DNA of 64,000 bases from Eledone cirrhosa. Lineage: Eukaryota. The notes below the pieces were generated by a model that did no database searches, was not told the origin of the DNA, and worked only from the letters and a program-made list of their open reading frames with translations. Shown piece by piece: positions 28,134 through 42,460 of this stretch (position 1 is its first letter; each line of letters opens with the position of its first letter). The stretch lies in the NCBI GenBank assembly GCA_964016885.1, contig OZ024745.1, positions 127,472,001-127,536,000 on the forward strand, in the 5' to 3' direction. A program made the translations under genes and the position numbers.

Positions 28134-28469
28134 GAACTGGAGAGGCAAGAAGCTTATTATAGGATAGATAGATAGATAGATTGATAGAGATAGATTGATA
28201 GAGATAGATATATAGAGATAGATAGAGAGAGAGGGAGAGAGAGAGAGAGAGAATAGAAAGGGAGAGAAAGAAAAAAAGAGTGACCCAAAAAGAAAAAAAA
28301 ATAGAAAGAAAATGTGAAACCAGTAAAGAAAGTGATACACATCGTGACTGAATACATGGAGACAGAGACAGAGAACAAAGGAGGAGAGAGAGGGGGAGGG
28401 GGGAGATATAGATAGAGGTAGATAGAGAGAGAGGGAGAGACGGAAAAGAGAGAGAGAGGGCGGAGATAT

Positions 28470-28501
<32 letters not shown>

Positions 28502-28615
28502 GGGGGGGGAGATAGATAGACAGATAGATAGATAGATAGAGAGAGAGGGAGAGAGAGAGAGACAAAGAGAGAGAGAGAGAAAGAGAGAGATAGACAGAAA
28601 GAGAGAGAGAGGGAG

Positions 28616-28649
<34 letters not shown>

Positions 28650-28893
28650 CCAGAGAGAGTGTCACAGGGAGAGAGAGAGACAGAGAAAGAGTGAGAGATA
28701 GACATATATATATTTATTAAAATAACAGATTAAAGTTTAAGCAAAGAATCGCTGCTTTCACCCTTAACGGGATCTTCTGAAACTTTGCTTAAACTTTAAT
28801 CTGTTATTTTAATAAATATTTGCTCTACGGTTCTTATATATTTGATATATATTTATCCTTATCGAGCCCTCTTTGGATTTTAGTCTTAAAATT

Positions 28894-28942
<49 letters not shown>

Positions 28943-29220
28943 TAAACGGAATAGAAAATGCTGACAAATTGTTCACAGTTGAAAAATGATCAGAGCAAAC
29001 AGCACGGACACTCTATCTCAAAATTATTTTTGAAAAGCATTTAGAAATGCGCAACCGGTAAAAACTAAAAAACTTAAAACCACACCTGAATACTAACCCA
29101 TACAATCACTAATACTCTTTTATTCCTAATTAAACCATTTTTCAACTGTGAACAATTTGTCAGCATTTTCTATTCCGTTTACCAATATATAATAACTTGT
29201 GTGTTACACCTCTATTCTTT

Positions 29221-29294
<74 letters not shown>

Positions 29295-29399
29295 TAGACT
29301 GATATATATATATATATATATAGCAGTTTATATATTCCAATAATTAAGCATTCCTTTGATAAGCGTATGAAATGTTTAATATAATACCCTAATAACCAT

Positions 29400-29436
<37 letters not shown>

Positions 29437-29437
29437 T

Positions 29438-29533
<96 letters not shown>

Positions 29534-29865
29534 TTACACTCGCTCACTCTCTGCTTCTCCCCCCTCTCTCACTTCCTCCCGTTTGACCTGTGTGAAATCC
29601 TTTTCTCGCTCACATCTCACCCATGTCGGATGGTCTGTATCTCTCGTCCATGAATTCACCAAGCTTAAGCTTACATATATCACGTACTTGTCTCTTCCTA
29701 TCTTTCCGTTGCAATACCATCTTTGTTTGTTTACATGTCTCGCTGGCTTCACGCTATTTTACTTGTCCCAATAACTTTATTTAGTTATTGCTCGCACCAA
29801 TCAGAGGTATATGATTTTTAAAGCGATGAAATACCAATGAAGGTTGGAAGATCACTGATGAAGGA

Positions 29866-30022
<157 letters not shown>

Positions 30023-30738
30023 AAGAAAAGAAATGTTGATGTGATATGTTTGTAAATTCAATTCCCCCCTGAAACCTGTTGCCAAGGATCTTTTGGTGTC
30101 TGTCATTAACAGATCTAAAGATGTAGGATTGGTATTGTCTGATATTACAGATAGAGCTACATATAGACCTGCACACACACACACACACACACACATATAC
30201 ATATACATGTGTACACACACACACACGTGTACACACACACACATGTGTACACACATACACATGTGTACACACATACAAACACACACACACACATGTGCAC
30301 ACACATGTGTACACACATATAAACACACATACAAACACACACACACACATGTGCACACACATGTGTACACACATATAAACACACATACAAACACACACAC
30401 ACACATGTGCACACACATGTGTACACACATACAAACACACACACACACATACACCTACACACACTCACTCACACTCACATACACATACAATCAGACACCC
30501 ACACTTACACCCACACACACTCACTCACACTAACATACACGCACATACACGCATTCACACACTCACATACACGCACACTCATACACAATCTGACACACAC
30601 ATACACAATCTGACACACACATACACACAACAATCACATTCACACACACGCAGAATCACATAAAGGTACGTGTGTGGAATGGGCCGATGTGTGTTCCGGA
30701 TGTGTGAGTGTGTGTGTGTGTGAGTGTGTGTGTATATA

Positions 30739-30813
<75 letters not shown>

Positions 30814-31873
30814 ATAGGGTGCATGTATGTTTTTGCTGATGGTTTGATTTCCGAGAACTCACGTCACCTTTGAATATATATCATATGTTTACATACATAC
30901 CTATATATATACATACATAATGGCTTCCCCCTCATTATCGAGTATGGCCATTGCACGATATACCATTATTAATAATTATCAATTAATTCTATCATGCAAT
31001 GCCTGTGCGTGAAGATATTTTTTAAAGTGAGGAAAGACTGTGCACTGAGCCAATCCCACTCTCTGAGCGACAGTAGCTATAACCCGAAAAGAAGAAGAGA
31101 AGAAAAGAACAACATCATCGGTAACTACTGAGCCGCAGGTTTTATATCGGAGCTATCCCAGTTTCCTGAGTTACCTTCTCCTAGAAGAATGCCCTGACAA
31201 AAGCTAGGAGTCCTTCACTCCCAGTGGTTTAACCGCGCGATCAGGTGTCCAGCCCGACTTTTTCTATGTCCCCGCGCATATACACATACATGCACCCATG
31301 TATATACACATATACATATATTTACTTACATGTGTATATACATATTTACACACTTTTGGTTGGCCGTTGACTCTTATGAGTTCTTCCACCCTTTGTCAGA
31401 AACATTCTTATATATAATCTGCCTCCCATCGCCCTGCAATATTTGAGATTTTTATTTTTATTTTTTAAATTATTTTTCTGTTTTTTCTCCTCTTTTATTT
31501 TTTTATTACTTGTCACACTAGCTCTTTTAGATTACAAACTGTAAGGAGTTCTCGATACTTCCCCTCGTCTGCTATGGCTTACTAGATCTATACGAGGGTT
31601 TAAATTGATTAAATAAAATACACAAATATATGATGGATAGGCCTACAATTTCTCTACAGTAAGTCTGCTTTTAAAAATCAAAATATGGAAGAAATTTTCA
31701 GAAGTTGTCAACATGAAACATCATGGCTGACGAGATGTAAGGTTTTAAAGGGTGAACGAACAGACGTTTTTTGTCACTTGCGCCATCAGAAATGCAGTGA
31801 ACCGGTGTTTGACCCGTTGAAAACAGCTATTATAGCACAAATATCTAAAGACGCCATTGCTAACAAATGCATA

Positions 31874-31963
<90 letters not shown>

Positions 31964-32287
31964 ATCTATCTACCTGTCTATCTATCTATCTATCTCCATA
32001 TATATATTATTTAATGTTACTAAGTCTAGTAAGACCATTATCCAACTTTGTACTCTATACTAACGGAAAGTAGAATGTGGATATAAGAATAATAATAACA
32101 CACACACATACACACACATATATATATATATAGGAAAAGAGTCAGGACCCCGACGGCTGAGCTCCGGCCGTTTCGACAGTTAGATCCATCAAGGTCCTGA
32201 CTCTTTTCCTATTACCCACTCTACTACCTTAAGTATTGAGTACACTGGTGTGTTATGGCCCACCTGGTTTCTTACCACACCCTCTTT

Positions 32288-32327
<40 letters not shown>

Positions 32328-32339
32328 CGTGTGTGTGTA

Positions 32340-32437
<98 letters not shown>

Positions 32438-32897
32438 CCCAGCTTTTTCAACCTGCGTTGAATCGGTTAGGCTGTAATTTAGACTTTACTTTGTCCCCCG
32501 TTACTATACCTACTCTGCATTTCAACATGCATCGAGTATTGCCCTGATATATATATTTTCGCTTTTTCCCCCTTTTCCCTTCTGTTATCCTATACTTTTT
32601 TCCCCTCCCTCCTTCGTTTTCCCCAATAACTTACCAAGTTATTGAACACACTGAGCGGTAGCTATCTTGTCTTTAATGGAAACATCCGAGACCCCCAGCA
32701 GACAACTGGTGAGTAAGACTTCTCCCGTTCTTGCTTTCTTATTACTACGACTTTTAAGCATACCTTATCTAGCAACTACACAACCCATTCTCTTCTTTAT
32801 ATATATATATATACGTTATTCCGGGTTGAGTCGGAGGTAACCACAGTAAGTAAGGTACTCAATACATTGCAGAGTATAAAAGTTTTAATATAGATGT

Positions 32898-32946
32898 GAT
32901 TCTACAGGACAAGAACTGTTTCATTCTTTAGAAATCATCAGGAATC
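32898..32946 (-). ncRNA. Type I hammerhead ribozyme in a Penelope-like terminal repeat fragment
   Basis: Minus strand reads GATTC-CTGATGA-T-TTC-TAAA-GAA-T-GAAA-CAG-TTCTTGTC-CTG-TA-GAATC. All three helices form and the cleavage triplet is GUA. Confidence 0.75.
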
Positions 32947-33047
32947 TGGGTATCAAAAAATAAGTATGGTATTTATAGGTCTCTTCAGGTGGTAGAGAGG
33001 GTAGGGAGTATATATATAAACGTGCGTCTACACGTGAGAACACATAT

Positions 33048-33175
33048 CTTGAGTTCAAATCCCGCCTAGGTTAACATTGCCTTTCATTCTTACGGCATCG
33101 ATACAATAAAGTAACACCACTGGAATAATTGCTGGCCTTGTGCCTTCAGTAGAAACAATTATTATTATTATTATA
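33048..33175 (+). mobile_element. SINE, 5'-truncated
   Basis: B box through the (ATT)n tail. Confidence 0.8.
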
Positions 33176-33249
33176 ATATATATATATATGAACTTATATA
33201 TGTATGTGTGTGTGTGTGTGTGTGTATGTGTGTGTATGTGTGTGTGTGT

Positions 33250-33364
<115 letters not shown>

Positions 33365-33824
33365 TGTTAATGTGTCTGTGTTTACATTCATAATTATTGC
33401 TGTTCTTAACTGAATCCCCCAACGCAGTTTGAAAATCATGACATTGGCAGTTTCGTGTGTCGATTGCTAACCAAATTGTCTACTCTAGCCAATGATCCAC
33501 TAATTAATATCACAGCCGGAAAATCTCCAAGTCTTTAGAATAAGAGTTCTTTGTTCCTATGACCACTTCTTCAAAGAAAAGCCAGTCCTTCGTGCAAAGA
33601 AAACAAACCTTTTGAATAAACCATGTGTAACAGCCTAATAACTTCCATTTGTACGTAGCTTCTTAGAGTATGGTAAAATAATCAACACGCTTCCTGTTAT
33701 CCTATAGAAAATATATACATTCCAAATTCTTCATTTAACTATCCTTATAACTATCCCTGTTATATACACACATTTGCACCACCTATATATATATATATAT
33801 ATATATATATCATATACATACATG

Positions 33825-33908
<84 letters not shown>

Positions 33909-33994
33909 AAAATGTATAACCCCGACGGCAGAGCTCAAGCCGTTTTGACGGCTATTTCTAGACCAATATATATATATACACACACACATATATA

Positions 33995-34297
<303 letters not shown>

Positions 34298-34300
34298 ATA

Positions 34301-34356
<56 letters not shown>

Positions 34357-34585
34357 TAGAAGTGGTATTTAATTTGTTGGAAGTCCGACAAATATAAATG
34401 CTTATAACTGATTTAGAGCACTCAACAAGTTACTGGAGTATTCAACAGAGTACTCGATACTTGGGATAGTAGAGTGTGACTATAGTAGAAAGAGTTGGGG
34501 CTCGACGGCTGAGCTGTTGCCGTTTCGACAGCTAATTCCGAAACGGCAACAGCTCGGTCGTTGTGGCCCGACTTTTTCTAAGATA

Positions 34586-34687
<102 letters not shown>

Positions 34688-34862
34688 CAATATGTTGAGA
34701 AGGTAACACACCAGAGAGAGATATACAGTGCGTTATCTGTAATACAGGGAAACAACCACCAGTGTAAGGAATCTATAACCTATGGAAGGCAGAGTATATA
34801 GTTATAGAGGTATTTATTTACGCTTTAATTTATATTTTTAATTATCGCGTCTATAGTCTGCC

Positions 34863-34907
<45 letters not shown>

Positions 34908-35789
34908 TGTTAGTTTCCTACCTGTTCGTATTTGTCATTGTTGTGGTTATAGTAGATATAATTATATCACTAATAACATCCCAATTGTGCAGCCCCAACT
35001 TTGTAATTCCTGCTATTAACCCTCTCTTCCTCTTAAAGATGCCAAGAATTGTATATTTTGACGAGAATAAGAACAAAAGAAGCTGCAGTGAAAGTCTGCT
35101 AAAGATCGTTGTGTGAATACACCTGAACGTCGGCCTCAATCCTTGATAGGGCAGTAAACATAGGTGCTAAGTATATGCCTTTTAATACACCCAGAGACAT
35201 ACCCCCCGCCCCCACCGACACTCATACCTCCCCACAGACACTGCCACAGACACACAGGCCCCCCCCCCCCGCGCACGCACTCACTCACACAACCATACAC
35301 ATACGTATACACACTTACGAACATACACAAACATACACACACATACACGCACAGACACACACACACACTCACACACGCACATAAGCACACAGACACTGCC
35401 ACAGACACCCAGACCCCCTCCCCCCACATACGCACTCACTTACACAACCATACACATGCGCATACACGTATACACGCACAGGCACACTCACACACACACA
35501 CTTACGCACATACACACACGTACACACACATACACGCACAGACACACACACTCACACATACACGCACATACACACATATACACACATACTCACTCATATT
35601 CACATACACACATACAGACACATACAAACACAGCCACACACACACACACATATACTATCTTTATTGTGCATTCGTCATATGAAAGTCATTTCAAAGTGCC
35701 TACACGCCCTTTACTAAAACTTTATATAGTGTGAACAATCCATATTAGAGTATTATTAACATATTTTAAATAAGGCGTACATGTTATTT

Positions 35790-36015
35790 CTATACCGGAT
35801 CCAAGGAAAAGTTATCTGTCTGATAAGCAAGTCTTCTCTCACTTACAGTACAACCATTAGACCGTAATTGACGTGTCTCCTCGCTTTGTGTATTCAACAA
35901 CTAACGCAAGGATCCCCATTTCTTTGAAATTAGAGAAACTATGCTCACACCTTTTAAACTTTGTGTTGTACCTACCAGATTTTTTTACAAAATTTAAATA
36001 TCAAATCTTCCACTC
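35790..36015 (+). pseudogene. Possible highly decayed Penelope-like ORF remnant
   Basis: VSPRFVYSTTNARIP...NFVLY resembles the linker before the PLE GIY-YIG domain. Weak similarity by eye only. Confidence 0.25.
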
Positions 36016-36244
36016 AGCTGAACTCTTCTTTGTGTTCCCGCCAACAAATGACACGCAATAATTCAAAGGAATTTTTAAACATAGTATCGATGGTGATGGG
36101 ATGACTGAAGGAACAAGATTTTGAGCCATAAACTCATAGGACGTGAGTTCATACCCTCCCACTCTTGCATGCTCTTCGTTGTGATTTTCAGGGCAACCAG
36201 TGATCCCTAACATTATAAGGTACATTTCTTTTCCTCGTTATCTT

Positions 36245-36715
36245 CAGTTCGGTATTCATGCCAACCGTGACTTATGGCCATGAATCTTGGGTAATAACCG
36301 AAATAATACGACCGTGAATACAAGCGGCCGAAATGGATTTCCTCTGAAAGGTTTTTGGAGTAACGTTACTTGATAGAGTGCCTAGTTCGGAGATGAGAGA
36401 GTCACTCTAGTTATAACCGCTACCTTTCCGAATTGAGAGATCACATCTCCGGGACTATGGGCATGTGGTTAGAATGTCTCAGGAAAGAATCGCTGGACAG
36501 ATCTTAGGGGCAATTAGCAGGAGACCCAGGAGTAGACTCTGAGCAAGATGGTTGGATAACATCCATGAGCTTGACTGGTCTCGCTTGGGGATCCTGCTGG
36601 ATCAGTTGTAGACGGTTGCTGGAAGGAGTGTTTGAGGACTCTGCTCCCACGACCCTCTTAGGAATAAGTGGGCCAAGAAGAAGAAGAAGAAGAAGAAGAA
36701 GAAGAAGAAGAAGAA
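36245..36715 (+). mobile_element. Second copy of the (GAA)n-tailed RTE-type LINE 3' end
   Basis: Aligns by eye with 59210-59700 (gtaacgttacttgatagagtgc, aggaaagaatcgctggacagat, gcaagatggttggataacatccatgagc) and carries a (GAA)n tail. Confidence 0.85.
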
Positions 36716-37116
36716 TATTTCTTTTCCTTACTTAAGTGACTGGAAGAGGAACCCGATCACCTGGAGATATCCTCAATAGTCTATAGTCATATCCAGGGTT
36801 GAATTATAGGTAGAGCTATAACATTTCCCAAATGTTACAAAAGAAATGCATATTTTTGTACATAAGCCAATTTCACCCCTCTTCATTTCGGTATCAACAA
36901 ATAAAATACTAGTCAAGTACTGGGTCGATTCTGCTTTTCTCACACGCTTTGGAAGCATTCGACTGTGATCAAACCTGGGATCAAAAGGGATGGGCGCTGC
37001 GAGGTTTAAAATGCACTAGACACAACGTTTATTACGGCGGTGCCCCGACGACCCCGTTAAATAAATATATATATATATATAATTGTATCAATACACACAC
37101 ACACATATATATAAAT

Positions 37117-37310
37117 GAAAAGAGTCAGGACTCCGACGGCTGAGCTCCGGCCGTTTCGACAGCTAGATCCGAACAGATCTAGCTGTAGAAACGGCCGGAG
37201 CTCAGCCGTCGGGGTCTTGACGCTTTTCCTATTACCCACTCTGCTACCCTAAGTATTGAGTACTCTGGTGCATTATGGTCCACCTGATATCTTACCACAC
37301 CCTCTTTGTT
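37117..37310. mobile_element. Fold-back element with a hammerhead 3' half (GAAACGGC-CGGAGCTCA-GCCGTC)
   Basis: Palindrome 37117-37228 plus tail TATTACCCACTCT...TATTGAGTAC. Related copies at 32131-32288, 33907-33963, 34485-34580, 51918-52020 and 57737-57795. Confidence 0.6.
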
Positions 37311-37321
37311 ATATATATATA

Positions 37322-38675
37322 TCATCATCATCATCTTCGTTTAACGTCCATTTTCCACGCTAGCATGGATTAGACGGGAGTTGTCCCACTTGAGGCAAGG
37401 CTGGTCGGGTGACCGTGTCTCGCTCATATAGGACTATCAGGCAGATTTTCTACGGCTGGATGCCCTTCCTAACACCAACCACATTTACAGTGTGGAACTG
37501 GGAACTTTTTACCGTGTCACCTACACGACCACATTACAGCGTGGACTGTGTTTTTTTTTGTCTTGACACTTACACGATCTCAATCTCATTATCTCGTGTT
37601 GTTGGTGGGAGTGGGAGGATAGGGTAGGGTAGTGGATGGGGTGTATATTTGGTTAAGAGGTGCCTACTGACTGTAGGTTTCGCTTTGTACATAGGCAAGG
37701 CGGGTCTTCTGTATTACTGCGTAGCGCCAAAGATCTCAGTCCAGAGACATTGTCTTAGAGAGATGTAAGTATGTGATTCGGAATTTATCAGATCATCCCA
37801 GGTTTTTCTGGGTCTGCCTACTCCGTGGCTACCATCAATTTTGATCGCCCTGCACTTTTTTATGCAGTTGTCGTCTTTCATGCGCATCATGTGACCATAC
37901 CAACGTAGTCTTCTCTCAAGTAAACAGCATCTGATCCCTCTTATTCCTAATTTCTCACTTAGTTCATTTATGCTTTGCCGTTCACGTATATTACTATTAC
38001 ACATCCAACGGAGCATGCATGCTTCGTTCCTTTCCAGTCTACGCAGGTCCTCTGCACGTAATGCCCATGTCTCACTGCCATGTAGCATTGCTGTTCGTAT
38101 ACAGGCATCATACAATCTGCCTTTCATTTTTAGAGAGAAACCTTTTGTGGCCAACAGCGGTATAAGCTCTCTGAACTTTTTCCATTCCGTTCTGACTCTG
38201 GCTACTGTACTTTCAGAACACCCCCCACCACTGCTGATATCGTCTCCCGGGTAACGGAAAGTATCTACTATTTCTATAGAACCATCTGGGCAACAGAAGG
38301 AGTTAGTATCCTTTGGACACTTGCTACTTATTGCACCTGAGCATTGGCCACATATAAAGTCTACGTTCTTAGATAGTTTACCTGTGATCCCACTACATCT
38401 TTTATGTACCCATACTTTGCATTTGGGACATAAAATGGAATTTCTGCCTACTCCTTTCCTACACACTGAGCATGGTCATTTCCCTATTTTCCTTTCTACA
38501 AACTTTAGTCTTAGACAAGTTAACTTTAAGGCCTTTTGATTCTAGGCCATGCTTCCATGTTTCGAATTTCTTCTCTAGTTCAGCCATTGATTCAGCTATG
38601 GGCGTTAGATCATCTGCGTATAGGAGTTCCCATGGGCAGCCGGTCTTGAACTCCTCTGTTATGGCCTGAAGGGCA
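37322..38675 (-). mobile_element. 5'-truncated RTE-type LINE (reverse transcriptase C-terminal region, frameshifted)
   Basis: ALQAITEEFKTGCPWELLYADDL (YADD motif), then GLKVNLSKTKV, a zinc-finger-like CPKCKVWVHKRC, and MLHGSETW...RLRWYGHMMRM...GRPRKTW. 3' tail GTTAAACGAAGATGATGAT at 37322-37345. Confidence 0.92.
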
Positions 38676-38947
38676 ATAATATATATATATATATATATAT
38701 ATAAAAATGTAAGTATGCATGTATACGTACATACATATATGTATACAGACGTACAGTAGCATGCACATATATATATATATACACATATATACATACATGT
38801 GCATACAGGTACACATACATATATGCACGTATCAGTTTAGCGGCGCCAACGTCGCTTTGTTCGTTTGTAAACAAACTGAACAGCCTGAATTTATGCCATA
38901 CGGTGTTAAGGCAACCACGTCACCTTTTTGTTCAACACTGACACAGG

Positions 38948-38992
38948 AACGATGTACTAGTTTCAAGCTTGTTAGCTATCATCAGCACCGTT
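38948..38992 (-). ncRNA. Type I hammerhead ribozyme, first of 7 minus-strand copies (38948, 39414, 39880, 40346, 40812, 41278, 41744)
   Basis: Reverse complement of the motif at 42416-42460, present in each full forward unit. Confidence 0.85.
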
Positions 38993-41900
38993 TACCCATC
39001 TGCCAGATAGTTGAACGTTCGAATGTATATACTTTCCTTATGAAAATTAACGGCTGAGCAGCCTAATTTGCATATTGAGTGAGTTAAATCGGTCAGGCAT
39101 ACCGAAAACGATAAATTGAAACAAAATGAAAATGAAATTTCATTTCTCACTCTTAGTATGGCACTTACTTAAATGTAAGTATGCATGTATACGTACATAC
39201 ATATATGTATACAGACGTACAGTAGCATGCACATATATATATATATACACATATATACATACATGTGCATACAGGTACACATACATATATGCACGTATCA
39301 GTTTAGCGGCGCCAACGTCGCTTTGTTCGTTTGTAAACAAACTGAACAGCCTGAATTTATGCCATACGGTGTTAAGGCAACCACGTCACCTTTTTGTTCA
39401 ACACTGACACAGGAACGATGTACTAGTTTCAAGCTTGTTAGCTATCATCAGCACCGTTTACCCATCTGCCAGATAGTTGAACGTTCGAATGTATATACTT
39501 TCCTTATGAAAATTAACGGCTGAGCAGCCTAATTTGCATATTGAGTGAGTTAAATCGGTCAGGCATACCGAAAACGATAAATTGAAACAAAATGAAAATG
39601 AAATTTCATTTCTCACTCTTAGTATGGCACTTACTTAAATGTAAGTATGCATGTATACGTACATACATATATGTATACAGACGTACAGTAGCATGCACAT
39701 ATATATATATATACACATATATACATACATGTGCATACAGGTACACATACATATATGCACGTATCAGTTTAGCGGCGCCAACGTCGCTTTGTTCGTTTGT
39801 AAACAAACTGAACAGCCTGAATTTATGCCATACGGTGTTAAGGCAACCACGTCACCTTTTTGTTCAACACTGACACAGGAACGATGTACTAGTTTCAAGC
39901 TTGTTAGCTATCATCAGCACCGTTTACCCATCTGCCAGATAGTTGAACGTTCGAATGTATATACTTTCCTTATGAAAATTAACGGCTGAGCAGCCTAATT
40001 TGCATATTGAGTGAGTTAAATCGGTCAGGCATACCGAAAACGATAAATTGAAACAAAATGAAAATGAAATTTCATTTCTCACTCTTAGTATGGCACTTAC
40101 TTAAATGTAAGTATGCATGTATACGTACATACATATATGTATACAGACGTACAGTAGCATGCACATATATATATATATACACATATATACATACATGTGC
40201 ATACAGGTACACATACATATATGCACGTATCAGTTTAGCGGCGCCAACGTCGCTTTGTTCGTTTGTAAACAAACTGAACAGCCTGAATTTATGCCATACG
40301 GTGTTAAGGCAACCACGTCACCTTTTTGTTCAACACTGACACAGGAACGATGTACTAGTTTCAAGCTTGTTAGCTATCATCAGCACCGTTTACCCATCTG
40401 CCAGATAGTTGAACGTTCGAATGTATATACTTTCCTTATGAAAATTAACGGCTGAGCAGCCTAATTTGCATATTGAGTGAGTTAAATCGGTCAGGCATAC
40501 CGAAAACGATAAATTGAAACAAAATGAAAATGAAATTTCATTTCTCACTCTTAGTATGGCACTTACTTAAATGTAAGTATGCATGTATACGTACATACAT
40601 ATATGTATACAGACGTACAGTAGCATGCACATATATATATATATACACATATATACATACATGTGCATACAGGTACACATACATATATGCACGTATCAGT
40701 TTAGCGGCGCCAACGTCGCTTTGTTCGTTTGTAAACAAACTGAACAGCCTGAATTTATGCCATACGGTGTTAAGGCAACCACGTCACCTTTTTGTTCAAC
40801 ACTGACACAGGAACGATGTACTAGTTTCAAGCTTGTTAGCTATCATCAGCACCGTTTACCCATCTGCCAGATAGTTGAACGTTCGAATGTATATACTTTC
40901 CTTATGAAAATTAACGGCTGAGCAGCCTAATTTGCATATTGAGTGAGTTAAATCGGTCAGGCATACCGAAAACGATAAATTGAAACAAAATGAAAATGAA
41001 ATTTCATTTCTCACTCTTAGTATGGCACTTACTTAAATGTAAGTATGCATGTATACGTACATACATATATGTATACAGACGTACAGTAGCATGCACATAT
41101 ATATATATATACACATATATACATACATGTGCATACAGGTACACATACATATATGCACGTATCAGTTTAGCGGCGCCAACGTCGCTTTGTTCGTTTGTAA
41201 ACAAACTGAACAGCCTGAATTTATGCCATACGGTGTTAAGGCAACCACGTCACCTTTTTGTTCAACACTGACACAGGAACGATGTACTAGTTTCAAGCTT
41301 GTTAGCTATCATCAGCACCGTTTACCCATCTGCCAGATAGTTGAACGTTCGAATGTATATACTTTCCTTATGAAAATTAACGGCTGAGCAGCCTAATTTG
41401 CATATTGAGTGAGTTAAATCGGTCAGGCATACCGAAAACGATAAATTGAAACAAAATGAAAATGAAATTTCATTTCTCACTCTTAGTATGGCACTTACTT
41501 AAATGTAAGTATGCATGTATACGTACATACATATATGTATACAGACGTACAGTAGCATGCACATATATATATATATACACATATATACATACATGTGCAT
41601 ACAGGTACACATACATATATGCACGTATCAGTTTAGCGGCGCCAACGTCGCTTTGTTCGTTTGTAAACAAACTGAACAGCCTGAATTTATGCCATACGGT
41701 GTTAAGGCAACCACGTCACCTTTTTGTTCAACACTGACACAGGAACGATGTACTAGTTTCAAGCTTGTTAGCTATCATCAGCACCGTTTACCCATCTGCC
41801 AGATAGTTGAACGTTCGAATGTATATACTTTCCTTATGAAAATTAACGGCTGAGCAGCCTAATTTGCATATTGAGTGAGTTAAATCGGTCAGGCATACCG

Positions 41901-42334
41901 AAAACGATAAATTGAAACAAAATGAAAATGAAATTTCATTTCTCACTCTTAGTATGGCACTTACTTAAATGTAAGTATGCATGTATACGTACATACATAT
42001 ATGTATACAGACGTACAGTAGCATGCACATATATATATATATACACATATATACATACATGTTCAGTTTGTTTACAAACGAACAAAGCGACGTTGGCGCC
42101 GCTAAACTGATACGTGCATATATGTATGTGTACCTGTATGCACATGTATGTATATATGTGTATATATATATATATGTGCATGCTACTGTACGTCTGTATA
42201 CATATATGTATGTACGTATACATGCATACTTACATTTAAGTAAGTGCCATACTAAGAGTGAGAAATGAAATTTCATTTTCATTTTGTTTCAATTTATCGT
42301 TTTCGGTATGCCTGACCGATTTAACTCACTCAAT

Positions 42335-42342
42335 ATGCAAAT
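42335..42342 (+). promoter_or_regulatory. Octamer motif ATGCAAAT (one per 466-bp unit)
   Basis: Perfect octamer about 80 nt upstream of the hammerhead core on the ribozyme strand. Function is unverified. Confidence 0.3.
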
Positions 42343-42415
42343 TAGGCTGCTCAGCCGTTAATTTTCATAAGGAAAGTATATACATTCGAACGTTCAACTA
42401 TCTGGCAGATGGGTA

Positions 42416-42460
42416 AACGGTGCTGATGATAGCTAACAAGCTTGAAACTAGTACATCGTT
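42416..42460 (+). ncRNA. Type I hammerhead ribozyme, first of 6 plus-strand copies (42416, 42882, 43348, 43814, 44280, 44746)
   Basis: AACGGTG-CTGATGA-T-AGCT-AACA-AGCT-T-GAAA-CTAG-TA-CATCGTT. Intact core, 7-bp helix I (one G-U), 4-bp helix II, palindromic ACTAGT helix III, GUA cleavage triplet with a predicted cut after 42453. Confidence 0.85.
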
